From the IMG/VR virus record IMGVR_UViG_2563366967_000006: a stretch of 39,711 nt of DNA; one strand, given 5' to 3'. Under the pieces are notes generated by a model. It did not search any database and was not told where the DNA came from. It saw nothing but the letters and a program-made list of their open reading frames with translations. Below, one piece after another: positions 17,430 through 33,920 of this stretch (within the stretch, counting starts at the first letter, position 1; each line of letters begins with the position of its first letter). This DNA comes from a virus. Taxonomy: Duplodnaviria; Heunggongvirae; Uroviricota; Caudoviricetes. The position numbers and the translations under genes are program-made.

Positions 17430-17756
17430 ATGAAAAGACGCCTTTTACTACTTTTTCTGTTATCTGTCCTGGCAGTGGGATGCTCGCAGCAAAAAGCTGA
17501 TGAGCCCCGGCAATTAGTGACGGTGTATCCACGATATCCGGAATATGCTGCAGCAAATTATATCAAGGGGCTGGTTGAGGTTAAGTTCGATATTGGTGCT
17601 GATGGGACTGTGACACGGATCGTTTTTCTCCGCTCAGAGCCTCATAATTTGTTTCGTGATGAAGTGGTGAAGGCCATGGCGAAATGGCGATTTGAAAAGA
17701 ATCGCCCCTGTCAGGGAGTGAAGAGACAATTTATCTTTACGCCGTCACGTCCTTGA
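17430..17756 (+). CDS. Lipoprotein with TonB C-terminal-like domain (moron)
   Basis: Signal peptide with lipobox (LLSVLAVGCSQQ), then a TonB-C-like pattern (P.YP..A....G.V.V.F.I..DG.V.......S.......E...AM..W.F). Start taken at internal ATG (MKRRLLLL); the track ORF starts at 17376. Confidence 0.6.
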   Translation: MKRRLLLLFLLSVLAVGCSQQKADEPRQLVTVYPRYPEYAAANYIKGLVEVKFDIGADGTVTRIVFLRSEPHNLFRDEVVKAMAKWRFEKNRPCQGVKRQFIFTPSRP

Positions 17757-17878
17757 TGCTTCCAGATAGAGAGGGGCTGGAAGCAGGAGAAAAATGAAAG
17801 AGCCAGCGGTTATATTTTTGTCATGGCTGACGAGGAATGATGGAAGAAGGCGTTGTATGCCACACAACGCCTCACTGT

Positions 17879-18232
17879 TCATTTCTTCTTTTTCTCTGGT
17901 GGAACCCGATGAATAAGAGTTGCACTGGTTTCCGATGAGATGGCGATATACTCGGGCAAAGTATGCTGGCAGTTTTCCAACTGGTCAAAAATACCTGCTC
18001 TCGTCTGTTGCAATGCCTGCAGCATGCGGCGGCAATGTGCCTTGCTTTTACTAACCATCTTTCCTTCCTCTATCAGTCGCTGCGTGAACTCATCATGGAA
18101 TACCAGGTAAATGCGGATGTTATCGGTTTTGGCTACGCAGCATAGTACAAAACGGGCAGGTGCATCCCGGGACGGGGGAGGCGTCACATGTCCCTGTGAT
18201 GGTTGTTCCGGGTAATGTACTGTGTGGGGCAT
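17879..18232 (-). CDS. Hypothetical protein (possibly shorter, from the internal Met near 18058)
   Basis: ORF only; conflicts with the 18120-18371 ORF over the overlap. Confidence 0.25.
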   Translation of the reverse strand: MPHTVHYPEQPSQGHVTPPPSRDAPARFVLCCVAKTDNIRIYLVFHDEFTQRLIEEGKMVSKSKAHCRRMLQALQQTRAGIFDQLENCQHTLPEYIAISSETSATLIHRVPPEKKKK

Positions 18233-18371
18233 AAAAATGTCCGATAATTTTACTTTCTACCGCAGTTAGTTGATTCGTTGGTCCTGGTAGCACATTGGGC
18301 GAGGATTTAAATGCCAGGCAACTGAAGGATGATGTCGCAAGGGAGATAGCGAGAATATTTCTGATTTTCAT
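18120..18371 (-). CDS. Hypothetical small secreted protein (~84 aa)
   Basis: Internal ATG gives MKIRNILAISLATSSFSCLA signal-peptide-like N-terminus with an RBS (agagg) upstream; overlaps the 17879-18232 ORF, so only one of the two is likely real over the shared stretch. Confidence 0.35.
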   Translation of the reverse strand: MKIRNILAISLATSSFSCLAFKSSPNVLPGPTNQLTAVESKIIGHFYAPHSTLPGTTITGTCDASPVPGCTCPFCTMLRSQNR

Positions 18372-18439
18372 TTGATGATGCCTCTGTGTGAAATGACGGT
18401 AAACGACGCACTTGTGCCGGCACATAATAGCAAGCACCA

Positions 18440-18707
18440 TAATAGATCAGATTCGATTCTTGCTGTAAGTGATAATTATTCTCGTTTTCGGGTCCTTTCC
18501 GTCGATCCAACAGGTTACGGGGCGGCGACCTCGCGGGTTTTCGCTATTTATGAAATTTTTCCGGGGAAAATCATGTCGGTACTTCTCGAACATAACTATT
18601 TGTTTTTTCTAATATCGAATCCGTAAAAGGTCCGACATGAAAACGCCTAAAAAAGTCATTTTCGGGCACTTTCATGTCGGACCCTGTATTTATTGTGAGA
18701 CTGTTTC
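18440..18707 (+). other. cos site (cosQ-cosN-cosB); the 12-nt cohesive end GGGCGGCGACCT is at 18520-18531
   Basis: ...gatccaacaggttacg|gggcggcgacctcgcgggttttcgctatttatgaaa... matches the junction of the lambda right and left ends; immediately upstream of Nu1. Confidence 0.85.
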
Positions 18708-19227
18708 ATGAAGGTTAATAAAAAGAAACTTGCCGAAATTTTCAACGTGGATCCGCGAACGATTGAACGCTGGCAGTCTCAGGGACTCCCTTGCGTCTCC
18801 GGAGGTAGTAAGGGCGTTGAATCTGTATTTGATACCGCCATGGCAATTCAGTGGTATGCGCAGAGGGAAGCTGATATCGAAAATGAAAAACTCCGTAAAG
18901 AGGTTGAGGATTACAGGGCTGCCAGCGAGGCAGATCTCCAGCCTGGGACTATTGAGTACGAACGCCATCGACTTACGCGTGCGCAGGCCGACGCACAGGA
19001 GCTGAAAAATGCCAGAGACTCCGCTGAAGTAGTGGAAACCGCATTCTGTACTTTCGTGCTGTCGCGGATCGCAGGTGAAATTGCCAGTATTCTCGACGGG
19101 ATCCCCCTGTCGGTGCAGCGGCGTTTTCCGGAACTGGAAAACCGACATGTTGATTTCCTGAAACGGGATATCATCAAAGCCATGAACAAAGCAGCCGCGC
19201 TGGATGAACTGATACCGGGGTTGCTGA

Positions 19228-19253
<26 letters not shown>
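18708..19253 (+). CDS. nu1: Terminase small subunit Nu1
   Basis: 181-aa translation is near-identical to lambda Nu1 (…[60 protein letters not shown]…). Confidence 0.95.
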
Positions 19254-25805
<6,552 letters not shown>

Positions 25806-25817
25806 TCAGGAGGGCGA

Positions 25818-26213
25818 ATGACCAAAGAGACTCAATCAACAACTGTTTCAGCCACTGCTTCGCAGGCTGACGTTACTGACGTGGTGCCAGCGACGGAGGG
25901 CGAAAACGCCAGCGCGGCGCAGCCGGACGTGAACGCGCAGATCACCGCAGCGGTTGCGGCAGAAAACAGCCGCATTATGGGGATCCTCAACTGTGAGGAG
26001 GCTCACGGACGCGAAGAACAGGCACGCGTGCTGGCTGAAACCCCCGGTATGACCGTGGAAACGGCCCGCCGCATTCTGGCCGCAGCACCACAGAGTGCAC
26101 AGGCGCGCAGTGACACTGCGCTGGATCGTCTGATGCAGGGTGCCCCGGCACCGCTGGCTGCAGGTAACCCGGCATCTGATGCCGTTAACGATTTGCTGAA
26201 CACACCAGTGTAA
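25818..26213 (+). CDS. nu3: Scaffolding protein Nu3 (in frame with the C-terminal part of C)
   Basis: MTKETQSTTVSATASQADVTDVVPATEGENASAAQPDVNAQITAAVAAENSRIMGILN… matches lambda Nu3; lies downstream of the IS100 insertion and appears intact. Confidence 0.7.
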   Translation: MTKETQSTTVSATASQADVTDVVPATEGENASAAQPDVNAQITAAVAAENSRIMGILNCEEAHGREEQARVLAETPGMTVETARRILAAAPQSAQARSDTALDRLMQGAPAPLAAGNPASDAVNDLLNTPV

Positions 26214-26222
26214 GGGATGTTT

Positions 26223-26555
26223 ATGACGAGCAAAGAAACCTTTACCCATTACCAGCCGCTGGGCAACAGTGACCCGGCTCATACCGCAACCGCGCCCGGC
26301 GGATTGAGTGCGAAAGCGCCTGCAATGACCCCGCTGATGCTGGACACCGCCACCCGTAAGCTGGTTGCGTGGGATGGCACCACCGACGGTGCTGCCGTTG
26401 GCATTCTGGCGGTTGCAGCTGACCAGACCAGCACCACGCTGACGTTCTACAAGTCCGGCACGTTCCGTTATGAGGATGTGCTCTGGCCGAAGGCTGCCAG
26501 CGACGAGACGAAAAAACGGACCGCGTTTGCCGGAACGGCAATCAGCATCGTTTAA
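26223..26555 (+). CDS. D: Head decoration protein D
   Basis: [41 protein letters not shown]… matches lambda gpD. Confidence 0.9.
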   Translation: MTSKETFTHYQPLGNSDPAHTATAPGGLSAKAPAMTPLMLDTATRKLVAWDGTTDGAAVGILAVAADQTSTTLTFYKSGTFRYEDVLWPKAASDETKKRTAFAGTAISIV

Positions 26556-26574
26556 CCTTACCCTTCATCACTAA

Positions 26575-26597
26575 AGGCCGCCTGTGCGGCTTTTTTT
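26575..26597 (+). terminator. Hairpin plus T-run between D and E (possible partial terminator)
   Basis: aggccgcctgtgcggc followed by ttttttt. Confidence 0.4.
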
Positions 26598-26610
26598 ACG
26601 GGATTTTTTT

Positions 26611-27636
26611 ATGTCGATGTACACAACCGCCCAGCTGCTGGCGGCAAATGAGAAGAAATTTAAGTTTGATCCGCTGTTTCTGCGTCTCTTTTTCCGTGAG
26701 AGCTATCCCTTCACCACGGAGAAAGTCTATCTCTCACAAATTCCGGGACTGGTAAACATGGCGCTGTACGTTTCGCCGATTGTTTCCGGTGAGGTTATCC
26801 GCTCCCGTGGCGGCTCCACCTCTGAATTTACACCGGGATATGTCAAGCCGAAGCATGAGGTGAATCCGCAGATGACCCTGCGTCGCCTGCCGGATGAAGA
26901 TCCACAGAATGTGGCGGACCCGGCTTACCGCCGCCGTCGCATTATCCTGCAGAACATGCGAGACGAAGAGCTGGCCATTGCTCAGGTCGAAGAGATGCAG
27001 GCCGTTTCTGCCGTGCTCAAGGGCAAATACACCATGACCGGTGAAGCCTTCGATCCGGTTGAGGTGGATATGGGCCGCAGTGCGGCGAATAACATCACAC
27101 AGTCCGGCGGCACGGAGTGGAGCAAGCGTGACAAGTCCACGTATGACCCGACCGACGATATCGAAGCCTACGCGCTGAACGCCAGCGGTGTGGTGAACAT
27201 CATCGTGTTTGATCCGAAAGGCTGGGCGCTGTTCCGTTCCTTCAAAGCCGTCAGGGAGAAGCTGGATACCCGTCGCGGCTCTAATTCCGAACTGGAGACA
27301 GCGGTAAAAGACCTGGGCGAAGCGGTGTCCTATAAGGGGATGTATGGTGATACGGCGATCGTCGTGTATTCCGGACAGTACGTGGAAAACGACGTCAAAA
27401 AGAACTTCCTTCCGGACAACACGATGGTGCTGGGGAACACTCAGGCACGCGGTCTGCGCACCTATGGCTGCATTCAGGATGCGGACGCACAGCGCGAAGG
27501 TATTAACGCCTCTGCCCGCTACCCGAAAAACTGGGTGACCACCGGCGATCCGGCGCGTGAGTTCACCATGATTCAGTCAGCACCGCTGATGCTGCTGGCT
27601 GACCCTGATGCGTTCGTGTCCGTACAACTGGCGTAA
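26611..27636 (+). CDS. E: Major capsid protein E
   Basis: MSMYTTAQLLAANEKKFKFDPLFLRLFFRESYPFTTEKVYLSQIPGLVNMALY… matches lambda gpE. Confidence 0.95.
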   Translation: MSMYTTAQLLAANEKKFKFDPLFLRLFFRESYPFTTEKVYLSQIPGLVNMALYVSPIVSGEVIRSRGGSTSEFTPGYVKPKHEVNPQMTLRRLPDEDPQNVADPAYRRRRIILQNMRDEELAIAQVEEMQAVSAVLKGKYTMTGEAFDPVEVDMGRSAANNITQSGGTEWSKRDKSTYDPTDDIEAYALNASGVVNIIVFDPKGWALFRSFKAVREKLDTRRGSNSELETAVKDLGEAVSYKGMYGDTAIVVYSGQYVENDVKKNFLPDNTMVLGNTQARGLRTYGCIQDADAQREGINASARYPKNWVTTGDPAREFTMIQSAPLMLLADPDAFVSVQLA

Positions 27637-27677
27637 TCATGGCCCTTCGGGGCCATTTTCTCTCTGTGGAGGAGTCC

Positions 27678-28073
27678 ATGACGAAAGATGAACTGATTGC
27701 CCGTCTTCAGGTGCTGGGTGAGCAACTGAACCGTGATGTCAGCCTGACGGGGACGAAAGAAGAACTGGCACTCCGTGTGGCAGAGCTGGAAGAGGAGCTT
27801 GATGACACGGATGACGCTGCCGGTCAGGACACATCTGTCAGCCCGGAAAATGCGCTGACCGGACATGAAAATGAGGTTGTATCAGCGCAGCCGGATACCG
27901 TGACTGATACGGCTGAACTGGTCACGGTTGTGGCACTGGTGACGCTGCATACTGATGCACTTCACGCCACGCGGGATGAGGCTGTGGCATTTGTGCTGCC
28001 GGGAACGGCGTTCCGTGTCTCTGTCGGTGTGGCAGCTGAAATGACAGAGCGCGGCCTGGCCAGAATGCAATAA
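27678..28073 (+). CDS. FI: DNA-packaging protein FI
   Basis: MTKDELIARLQVLGEQLNRDVSLTGTKEELALRVAELEEELDD… matches lambda FI. Confidence 0.85.
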   Translation: MTKDELIARLQVLGEQLNRDVSLTGTKEELALRVAELEEELDDTDDAAGQDTSVSPENALTGHENEVVSAQPDTVTDTAELVTVVALVTLHTDALHATRDEAVAFVLPGTAFRVSVGVAAEMTERGLARMQ

Positions 28074-28084
28074 CGGGAGGCGCT

Positions 28085-28438
28085 GTGGCTGATTTCGATA
28101 ACCTGTTCGATGCTGCCATTGCCTGCGCCGATGAAACGATACGCGGGTACATGGGAACGTCAGCCACCATGACATCTGGTGAGCAGTCCGGTGCTGTGAT
28201 ACGTGGTGTTTTTGATGACCCTGAAAATATCAGCTATGCCGGACAGGGCGTGCGCGTTGAAGGCTCCAGCCCGTCCCTGTTTGTCCGGACTGATGATGTG
28301 CGGCAGCTGCGGCGCGGCGACACGCTGACCATCGGTGAGGAAAACTTCTGGATAGACCGGATTTCGCCGGATGATGGCGGAAGCTGTCATCTCTGGCTTG
28401 GGCGGGGCGTACCGCCTGCCGTTAACCGTCGCCGCTGA
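28085..28438 (+). CDS. FII: Head completion protein FII
   Basis: MADFDNLFDAAIACADETIRGYMGTSATMTSGEQSGAVIRGVFDDPENISYAGQGVRVEG… matches lambda FII. Confidence 0.9.
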   Translation: MADFDNLFDAAIACADETIRGYMGTSATMTSGEQSGAVIRGVFDDPENISYAGQGVRVEGSSPSLFVRTDDVRQLRRGDTLTIGEENFWIDRISPDDGGSCHLWLGRGVPPAVNRRR

Positions 28439-28449
28439 AAGGGGGATGT

Positions 28450-29028
28450 ATGGCCATAAAAGGTCTTGAGCAGGCCGTTGAAAACCTCAGCCGTATCAGC
28501 AGAACGGCGGTGCCCGGTGCCGCCGCAATGGCCATTAACCGCGTTGCTTCATCCGCGATATCGCAGTCGGCGTCACAGGTTGCCCGTGAGACAAAGGTAC
28601 GCCGGAAACTGGTAAAGGAAAGGGCCAGGCTGAAAAGGGCCACGGTTAAAAATCCGCAGGCCAGAATCAAGGTTAACCGGGGGGATTTGCCCGTAATAAA
28701 GCTGGGTAACGCGCGGATTGTCCTGTCCCGACGCAGGCGTCGTAAAAAGGGGCAGCGTTCAGCCCTGAAAGGTGGCGGCAGCGTGCTTGTGGTGGGAAAC
28801 CGTCGTATTCCCGGCGCGTTTATTCAGCAACTGAAAAATGGCCGCTGGCATGTTATGCAGCGTGTGGCCGGGAAAAACCGTTACCCCATTGATGTGGTGA
28901 AAATCCCGATGGCAGTGCCGCTGACCACGGCGTTTAAACAGAATATTGAACGGATACGGCGTGAGCGTCTTCCGAAAGAGCTGGGCTATGCGCTGCAGCA
29001 TCAACTGAGGATGGTAATAAAGCGATGA
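28450..29028 (+). CDS. Z: Tail completion protein Z
   Basis: MAIKGLEQAVENLSRISRTAVPGAAAMAINRVASSAISQSASQVARETKVRRKL… matches lambda gpZ. Confidence 0.9.
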   Translation: MAIKGLEQAVENLSRISRTAVPGAAAMAINRVASSAISQSASQVARETKVRRKLVKERARLKRATVKNPQARIKVNRGDLPVIKLGNARIVLSRRRRRKKGQRSALKGGGSVLVVGNRRIPGAFIQQLKNGRWHVMQRVAGKNRYPIDVVKIPMAVPLTTAFKQNIERIRRERLPKELGYALQHQLRMVIKR

Positions 29029-29420
29029 AACATACAGAACTCCGTGCAGCCGTACTGGATGCACTGGAGAAGCATGACACCGGGGCGACGCTTTTTGATG
29101 GTCGCCCCGCTGTTTTTGATGAGGCGGATTTTCCGGCAATTGCCGTTTATCTCACCGGCGCTGAATACACGGGCGAAGAGCTGGACAGCGATACCTGGCA
29201 GGCGGAGCTGCATATTGAAGTTTTCCTGCCTGCTCAGGTGCCGGATTCAGAGCTGGATTCGTGGATGGAGTTCCGGATTTATCCGGTGATGAGCGATATT
29301 CCGGCACTGTCAGATTTGATCACCAGTATGGTGGCCAGTGGCTATGACTACCGGCGCGACGATGATGCGGGCCTGTGGAGTTCAGCCGATCTGACGTATG
29401 TCATTACCTATGAAATGTGA
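29025..29420 (+). CDS. U: Tail terminator protein U
   Basis: [54 protein letters not shown]… matches lambda gpU. Confidence 0.9.
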   Translation: MKHTELRAAVLDALEKHDTGATLFDGRPAVFDEADFPAIAVYLTGAEYTGEELDSDTWQAELHIEVFLPAQVPDSELDSWMEFRIYPVMSDIPALSDLITSMVASGYDYRRDDDAGLWSSADLTYVITYEM

Positions 29421-29427
29421 GGACGAT

Positions 29428-30168
29428 ATGCCTGTACCAAATCCTGTAATGCCGGTGAAAGGTGCCGGGACCACCCTGTGGGTTTATAACGGGAGCGGCG
29501 ACCCTTATGCGAACCCGCTTTCAGATGTTGACTGGTCGCGTCTGGCAAAAGTTAAAGACCTGACGCCCGGCGAACTGACCGCTGAGTCCTATGACGACAG
29601 TTATCTCGATGATGAAGATGCGGACTGGACCGCGACCGGGCAGGGGCAGAAATCAGCCGGAGATACCAGCTTCACGCTGGCGTGGATGCCCGGAGAGCAG
29701 GGGCAGCAGGCGCTGCTGGCGTGGTTTAATGAAGGTGATACCCGTGCCTATAAAATCCGCTTCCCGAACGGCACGGTCGATGTGTTCCGTGGCTGGGTCA
29801 GCAGTATCGGTAAGGCGGTGACGGCGAAGGAAGTGATCACCCGTACGGTGAAGGTCACCAATGTGGGCCGTCCGTCAATGGCAGAAGATCGCAGTACGGT
29901 GACGGCGGCAACCGGTATGACTGTGACGCCTGCCAGCTCCTCGGTGGTGAAAGGGCAGAGCACCACGCTGACCGTGGCATTCCAGCCGGAAGGCGCAACC
30001 GACAAGAGCTTCCGTGCGGTGTCAGCGGATAAAACAAAAGCCATCGTGTCGGTCAGTGGTATGACCATCACCGTGAAAGGCGTTGCTGCAGGTAAGGTCA
30101 ACATTCCGGTTGTATCCGGTAATGGTGAACTTGCTGCGGTTGCAGAAATCACTGTCACCGACAGTTAA
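29428..30168 (+). CDS. V: Major tail tube protein V
   Basis: [50 protein letters not shown]… matches lambda gpV; C-terminal Ig-like domain. Confidence 0.9.
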   Translation: MPVPNPVMPVKGAGTTLWVYNGSGDPYANPLSDVDWSRLAKVKDLTPGELTAESYDDSYLDDEDADWTATGQGQKSAGDTSFTLAWMPGEQGQQALLAWFNEGDTRAYKIRFPNGTVDVFRGWVSSIGKAVTAKEVITRTVKVTNVGRPSMAEDRSTVTAATGMTVTPASSSVVKGQSTTLTVAFQPEGATDKSFRAVSADKTKAIVSVSGMTITVKGVAAGKVNIPVVSGNGELAAVAEITVTDS

Positions 30169-30183
30169 TCCGGAGAGTCAGCG

Positions 30184-30606
30184 ATGTTCCTGAAAACAGA
30201 ATCATTTGAACATAACGGCGTGACCGTCACGCTTTCTGAACTGTCAGCCCTGCAGCGTATTGAGCATCTCGCCCTGATGAAACGGCAGGCAGAACAGGCG
30301 GAGTCAGACAGCAACCGGAAGTTTACTGTGGAAGACGCCATCAGAACCGGTGCTTTTGTGGTGGCGATGTCCCTGTGGCATAACCATCCGCAGAAGACAA
30401 AGCTGCCGTCCATGAATGAAGCCGTTAAACAGATTGAGCAGGAAGTGCTTACCACCTGGCCTACAGAGGCAATTTCTCATGCTGAAAACGTGGTGTACCG
30501 GCTGTCCGGTATGTATGAGTTTGTGATGAATGATGCCCCTGAACAGGCAGAGGACGCCGGGCCTGCAGAGCCTGTTTCTGCGGGAAAGTGTTCGACGGTG
30601 AGCTGA
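30184..30606 (+). CDS. G: Tail assembly chaperone G
   Basis: MFLKTESFEHNGVTVTLSELSALQRIEHLALMKRQAEQAESDSNRKFTVEDAIRTGAF… matches lambda gpG. Confidence 0.9.
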   Translation: MFLKTESFEHNGVTVTLSELSALQRIEHLALMKRQAEQAESDSNRKFTVEDAIRTGAFVVAMSLWHNHPQKTKLPSMNEAVKQIEQEVLTTWPTEAISHAENVVYRLSGMYEFVMNDAPEQAEDAGPAEPVSAGKCSTVS

Positions 30607-31022
30607 GTTTTGCCCTGAAACTGGCGCGTGAGATGGGGCGACCTGACTGGCGCGCCATGCTTGCCGGGATGTCATCCACAGAGTATGCCGACTGGCACCG
30701 CTTTTACAGTACCCATTATTTTCATGATGTTCTGCTGGATATGCACTTTTCCGGGCTGACGTACACCGTGCTCAGCCTGTTTTTCAGCGATCCGGAGATG
30801 CATCCGCTGGATTTCAGTCTGCTGAACCGGCGTGAGGCTGACGAAGAGCCTGAAGATGATGTGCTGATGCAGAAATCGGCAGGGCTTGCCGGAGGCGTCC
30901 GCTTTGCCCCGGACGGAAATGAAGTTATCCCCGCTTCCCCGGATATGGCGGGCATGACGGAGGATGACGTAATGCTGATGACAGTATCAGAAGGGATCGC
31001 AGGAGGAGTCCGGTATGGCTGA
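30588..31022 (+). CDS. T: T portion of the G-T tail assembly chaperone, expressed by -1 frameshift at GGGAAAG (30582-30588)
   Basis: -1-frame ORF overlapping the end of G; slippery heptamer G GGA AAG read directly; translation matches lambda gpT. Confidence 0.85.
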   Translation: MFDGELSFALKLAREMGRPDWRAMLAGMSSTEYADWHRFYSTHYFHDVLLDMHFSGLTYTVLSLFFSDPEMHPLDFSLLNRREADEEPEDDVLMQKSAGLAGGVRFAPDGNEVIPASPDMAGMTEDDVMLMTVSEGIAGGVRYG

Positions 31023-33594
31023 ACCGGTAGGCGATCTGGTCGTTGATTTAAGTCTGGATGCGGCCAGATTTGACGAGCAGATGGCCAGAGTCAGGCGTCA
31101 TTTTTCCGGTACGGAAAGTGATGCGAAAAAAACAGCGGCAGTCGTTGAACAGTCGCTGAGCCGACAGGCGCTGGCTGCACAGAAAGCGGGGATTTCCGTC
31201 GGGCAGTATAAAGCCGCCATGCGTATGCTGCCTGCACAGTTCACCGACGTGGCCACGCAGCTTGCAGGCGGGCAAAGCCCGTGGCTGATCCTGCTGCAAC
31301 AGGGTGGTCAGGTTAAGGACTCCTTCGGCGGGATGATCCCCATGTTCAGGGGGCTTGCCGGTGCGATCACCCTGCCGATGGTCGGGGCCACCTCGCTGGC
31401 GGTGGCGACCGGTGCGCTGGCGTATGCCTGGTATCAGGGCAACTCAACCCTGTCCGATTTCAACAAAACGCTGGTCCTTTCCGGCAATCAGTCGGGGCTG
31501 ACGGCAGATCGCATGCTGGTCCTGTCCAGAGCCGGGCAGGCGGCAGGGCTGACGTTTAACCAGACCAGCGAGTCACTCAGCGCACTGGTTAAGGCGGGGG
31601 TAAGCGGTGAGGCTCAGATTGCGTCCATCAGCCAGAGTGTGGCGCGTTTCTCCTCTGCATCCGGCGTGGAGGTGGACAAGGTCGCTGAAGCCTTCGGGAA
31701 GCTGACCACAGACCCGACGTCAGGGCTGACAGCGATGGCGCGTCAGTTCCATAACGTGACGGCGGAGCAGATTGCGTATGTTGCTCAGTTGCAGCGTTCC
31801 GGCGATGAGGCCGGGGCATTGCAGGCGGCGAACGAGGCCGCAACGAAAGGATTTGATGACCAGACCCGCCGCCTGAAAGAGAACATGGGCACGCTGGAGA
31901 CCTGGGCAGACAGGACAGCGCGGGCATTCAAATCCATGTGGGATTCGGTGCTGGATATTGGTCGCCCGGACACTGCCCGGGAAATGCTGGAGAAAGCAGA
32001 AAAGGCTTTTGATGAGGCGGACAAAAAATGGCAGTGGTATCAGAGCCGGAGCCACCGGCGCGGTAAAACATCCGCATTTCTTGCTAATCTCCGGGGAGCA
32101 TGGGAGGACAGAGCGAATGCGCAACTTGGGCTTTCAGCCGCCACGTTGCAGGCCGATCTTGAAAAGGCCAGAGAGATGGCAGCAAAGGACTGGGCCGAGT
32201 CTGAGGCATCACGGCTGAAATATACCGAAGAGGCGCAGAAGGCTTATGAACGCCTGCAGACGCCGCTGGAGAAATATACCGCCCGTCAGGAAGAACTGAA
32301 TAAGGCCCTGAAAGACGGAAAAATCCTGCAGACAGATTACAACACGCTGATGGCGGCGGCGAAAAAGGACTATGAAGCGACACTGAAAAAGCCGAAGCAG
32401 TCCGGCGTGAAGGTGTCTGCAGGAGAGCGTCAGGAAGACAGTGCTCATGCCGCCCTGCTGACGCTTCAGGCAGAACTCCGGACGCTGGAGAAGCATGCCG
32501 GAGCGAATGAGAAAATCAGCCAGCAGCGCCGGGATTTGTGGAAGGCGGAGAGTCAGTTCGCGGTACTGAAGGAAGCGGCGCAACGTCGCCAGCTGTCTGC
32601 ACAGGAGAAATCCCTGCTGGCGCATAAAGATGAGACGCTGGAGTACAAACGCCAGCTGGCTGCACTTGGCGATAAGGTCACGTATCAGGAGCACCTGAAT
32701 GCGCTGGCGCAGCAGGCGGATAAATTCGCACAGCAGCAACGGGCAAAACGGGCCGCCATTGATGCGAAAAGCCGGGGGCTGACTGACCGGCAGGCAGCGC
32801 GGGAAGCCACGGAACAGCGCCTGAAGGAACAGTATGGCGATAATCCGCTGGCGCTGAATAACGTCATGTCAGAGCAGAAAAAGACCTGGGCGGCTGAAGA
32901 CCAGCTTCGCGGGAGCTGGATGGCAGGCCTGAAGTCCGGCTGGAGTGAGTGGGAAGAGAGCGCCACGGACAGTATGTCGCAGGTTAAAAGTGCTGCCACG
33001 CAGACCTTTGATGGTATTGCACAGAATATGGCGGCGATGCTGACCGGCAGTGAACAGAACTGGCGCAGCTTCACCCGCTCCGTGCTGTCCATGATGACAG
33101 AAATTCTGCTTAAGCAGGCAATGGTGGGGATTGTCGGGAGTATCGGCAGCGCCATTGGCGGTGCTGCCAGTGGTGGAGCATCAGCGTCAGGTGGTACAGC
33201 CATTCAGGCCGCTGCGGCGAAATTCCATTTTGCGACCGGGGGATTTACGGGAACCGGCGGCAAATATGAGCCAGCGGGGATTGTTCACCGTGGTGAATTT
33301 GTCTTCACGAAGGAGGCAACCAGCCGGATTGGCGTGGGGAATCTCTACCGGCTGATGCGCGGCTATGCCACCGGCGGTTATGTCGGTACACCGGGCAGTC
33401 TGGCGGACAGCCGGTCGCAGGCGTCCGGGACGTTTGAGCAGAATAACCATGTGGTGATTAACAACGACGGCACGAACGGTCAGATAGGGCCACAGGCACT
33501 GAAGGCTGTTTATGACGTAGCCCGTAAGGCGGCAATGGATGTTGTGACCGGGCAGATGCGCGATGGTGGTCTGTTCTCCGGAGGTGGACGATGA
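31015..33594 (+). CDS. H: Tail tape-measure protein H
   Basis: 859-aa translation matches lambda gpH over most of its length. Confidence 0.95.
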   Translation: MAEPVGDLVVDLSLDAARFDEQMARVRRHFSGTESDAKKTAAVVEQSLSRQALAAQKAGISVGQYKAAMRMLPAQFTDVATQLAGGQSPWLILLQQGGQVKDSFGGMIPMFRGLAGAITLPMVGATSLAVATGALAYAWYQGNSTLSDFNKTLVLSGNQSGLTADRMLVLSRAGQAAGLTFNQTSESLSALVKAGVSGEAQIASISQSVARFSSASGVEVDKVAEAFGKLTTDPTSGLTAMARQFHNVTAEQIAYVAQLQRSGDEAGALQAANEAATKGFDDQTRRLKENMGTLETWADRTARAFKSMWDSVLDIGRPDTAREMLEKAEKAFDEADKKWQWYQSRSHRRGKTSAFLANLRGAWEDRANAQLGLSAATLQADLEKAREMAAKDWAESEASRLKYTEEAQKAYERLQTPLEKYTARQEELNKALKDGKILQTDYNTLMAAAKKDYEATLKKPKQSGVKVSAGERQEDSAHAALLTLQAELRTLEKHAGANEKISQQRRDLWKAESQFAVLKEAAQRRQLSAQEKSLLAHKDETLEYKRQLAALGDKVTYQEHLNALAQQADKFAQQQRAKRAAIDAKSRGLTDRQAAREATEQRLKEQYGDNPLALNNVMSEQKKTWAAEDQLRGSWMAGLKSGWSEWEESATDSMSQVKSAATQTFDGIAQNMAAMLTGSEQNWRSFTRSVLSMMTEILLKQAMVGIVGSIGSAIGGAASGGASASGGTAIQAAAAKFHFATGGFTGTGGKYEPAGIVHRGEFVFTKEATSRIGVGNLYRLMRGYATGGYVGTPGSLADSRSQASGTFEQNNHVVINNDGTNGQIGPQALKAVYDVARKAAMDVVTGQMRDGGLFSGGGR

Positions 33595-33920
33595 AAACCT
33601 TCCGCTGGAAAGTGAAACCCGGTATGGATGTAGCTTCGGCCCCTTCCGTAAGAAAGGTGCGCTTTGGTGATGGCTATTCCCAGCGAGCGCCTGCCGGGCT
33701 GAACGCTGACCTGAAAACGTACAGCGTGACGCTTTCTGTTCCCCGTTGGGAGGCCACAGCGCTGGAGTCGTTTCTGGCTGAGCACGGGGGCTGGAAAGCC
33801 TTTCTGTGGACGCCGCCTTATGAGTGGCGGCAGATAAAGGTGACCTGCGCAAAATGGTCGTCGCGGGTCAGTATGCTGCGTGTTGAGTTCAGCGCAGAGT
33901 TTGAACAGGTGGTGAACTGA
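33591..33920 (+). CDS. M: Tail tip protein M
   Basis: MKTFRWKVKPGMDVASAPSVRKVRFGDGYSQRAPAGLNADLKTYSVTLSVPRWEAT… matches lambda gpM. Confidence 0.9.
   Translation: MKTFRWKVKPGMDVASAPSVRKVRFGDGYSQRAPAGLNADLKTYSVTLSVPRWEATALESFLAEHGGWKAFLWTPPYEWRQIKVTCAKWSSRVSMLRVEFSAEFEQVVN

Noticed and set aside
18372-18626. 84-aa plus-strand ORF spanning cosN
   Set aside because: Covers the conserved non-coding cos site (cosQ/cosN), which matches the lambda end sequences, so coding is implausible.
31628-33852. Several minus-strand ORFs (99-221 aa) inside the tape-measure gene H
   Set aside because: All lie antisense within the conserved H reading frame; compositions are Ala/Arg/Pro/Ser-rich, as expected from reverse-frame artefacts.
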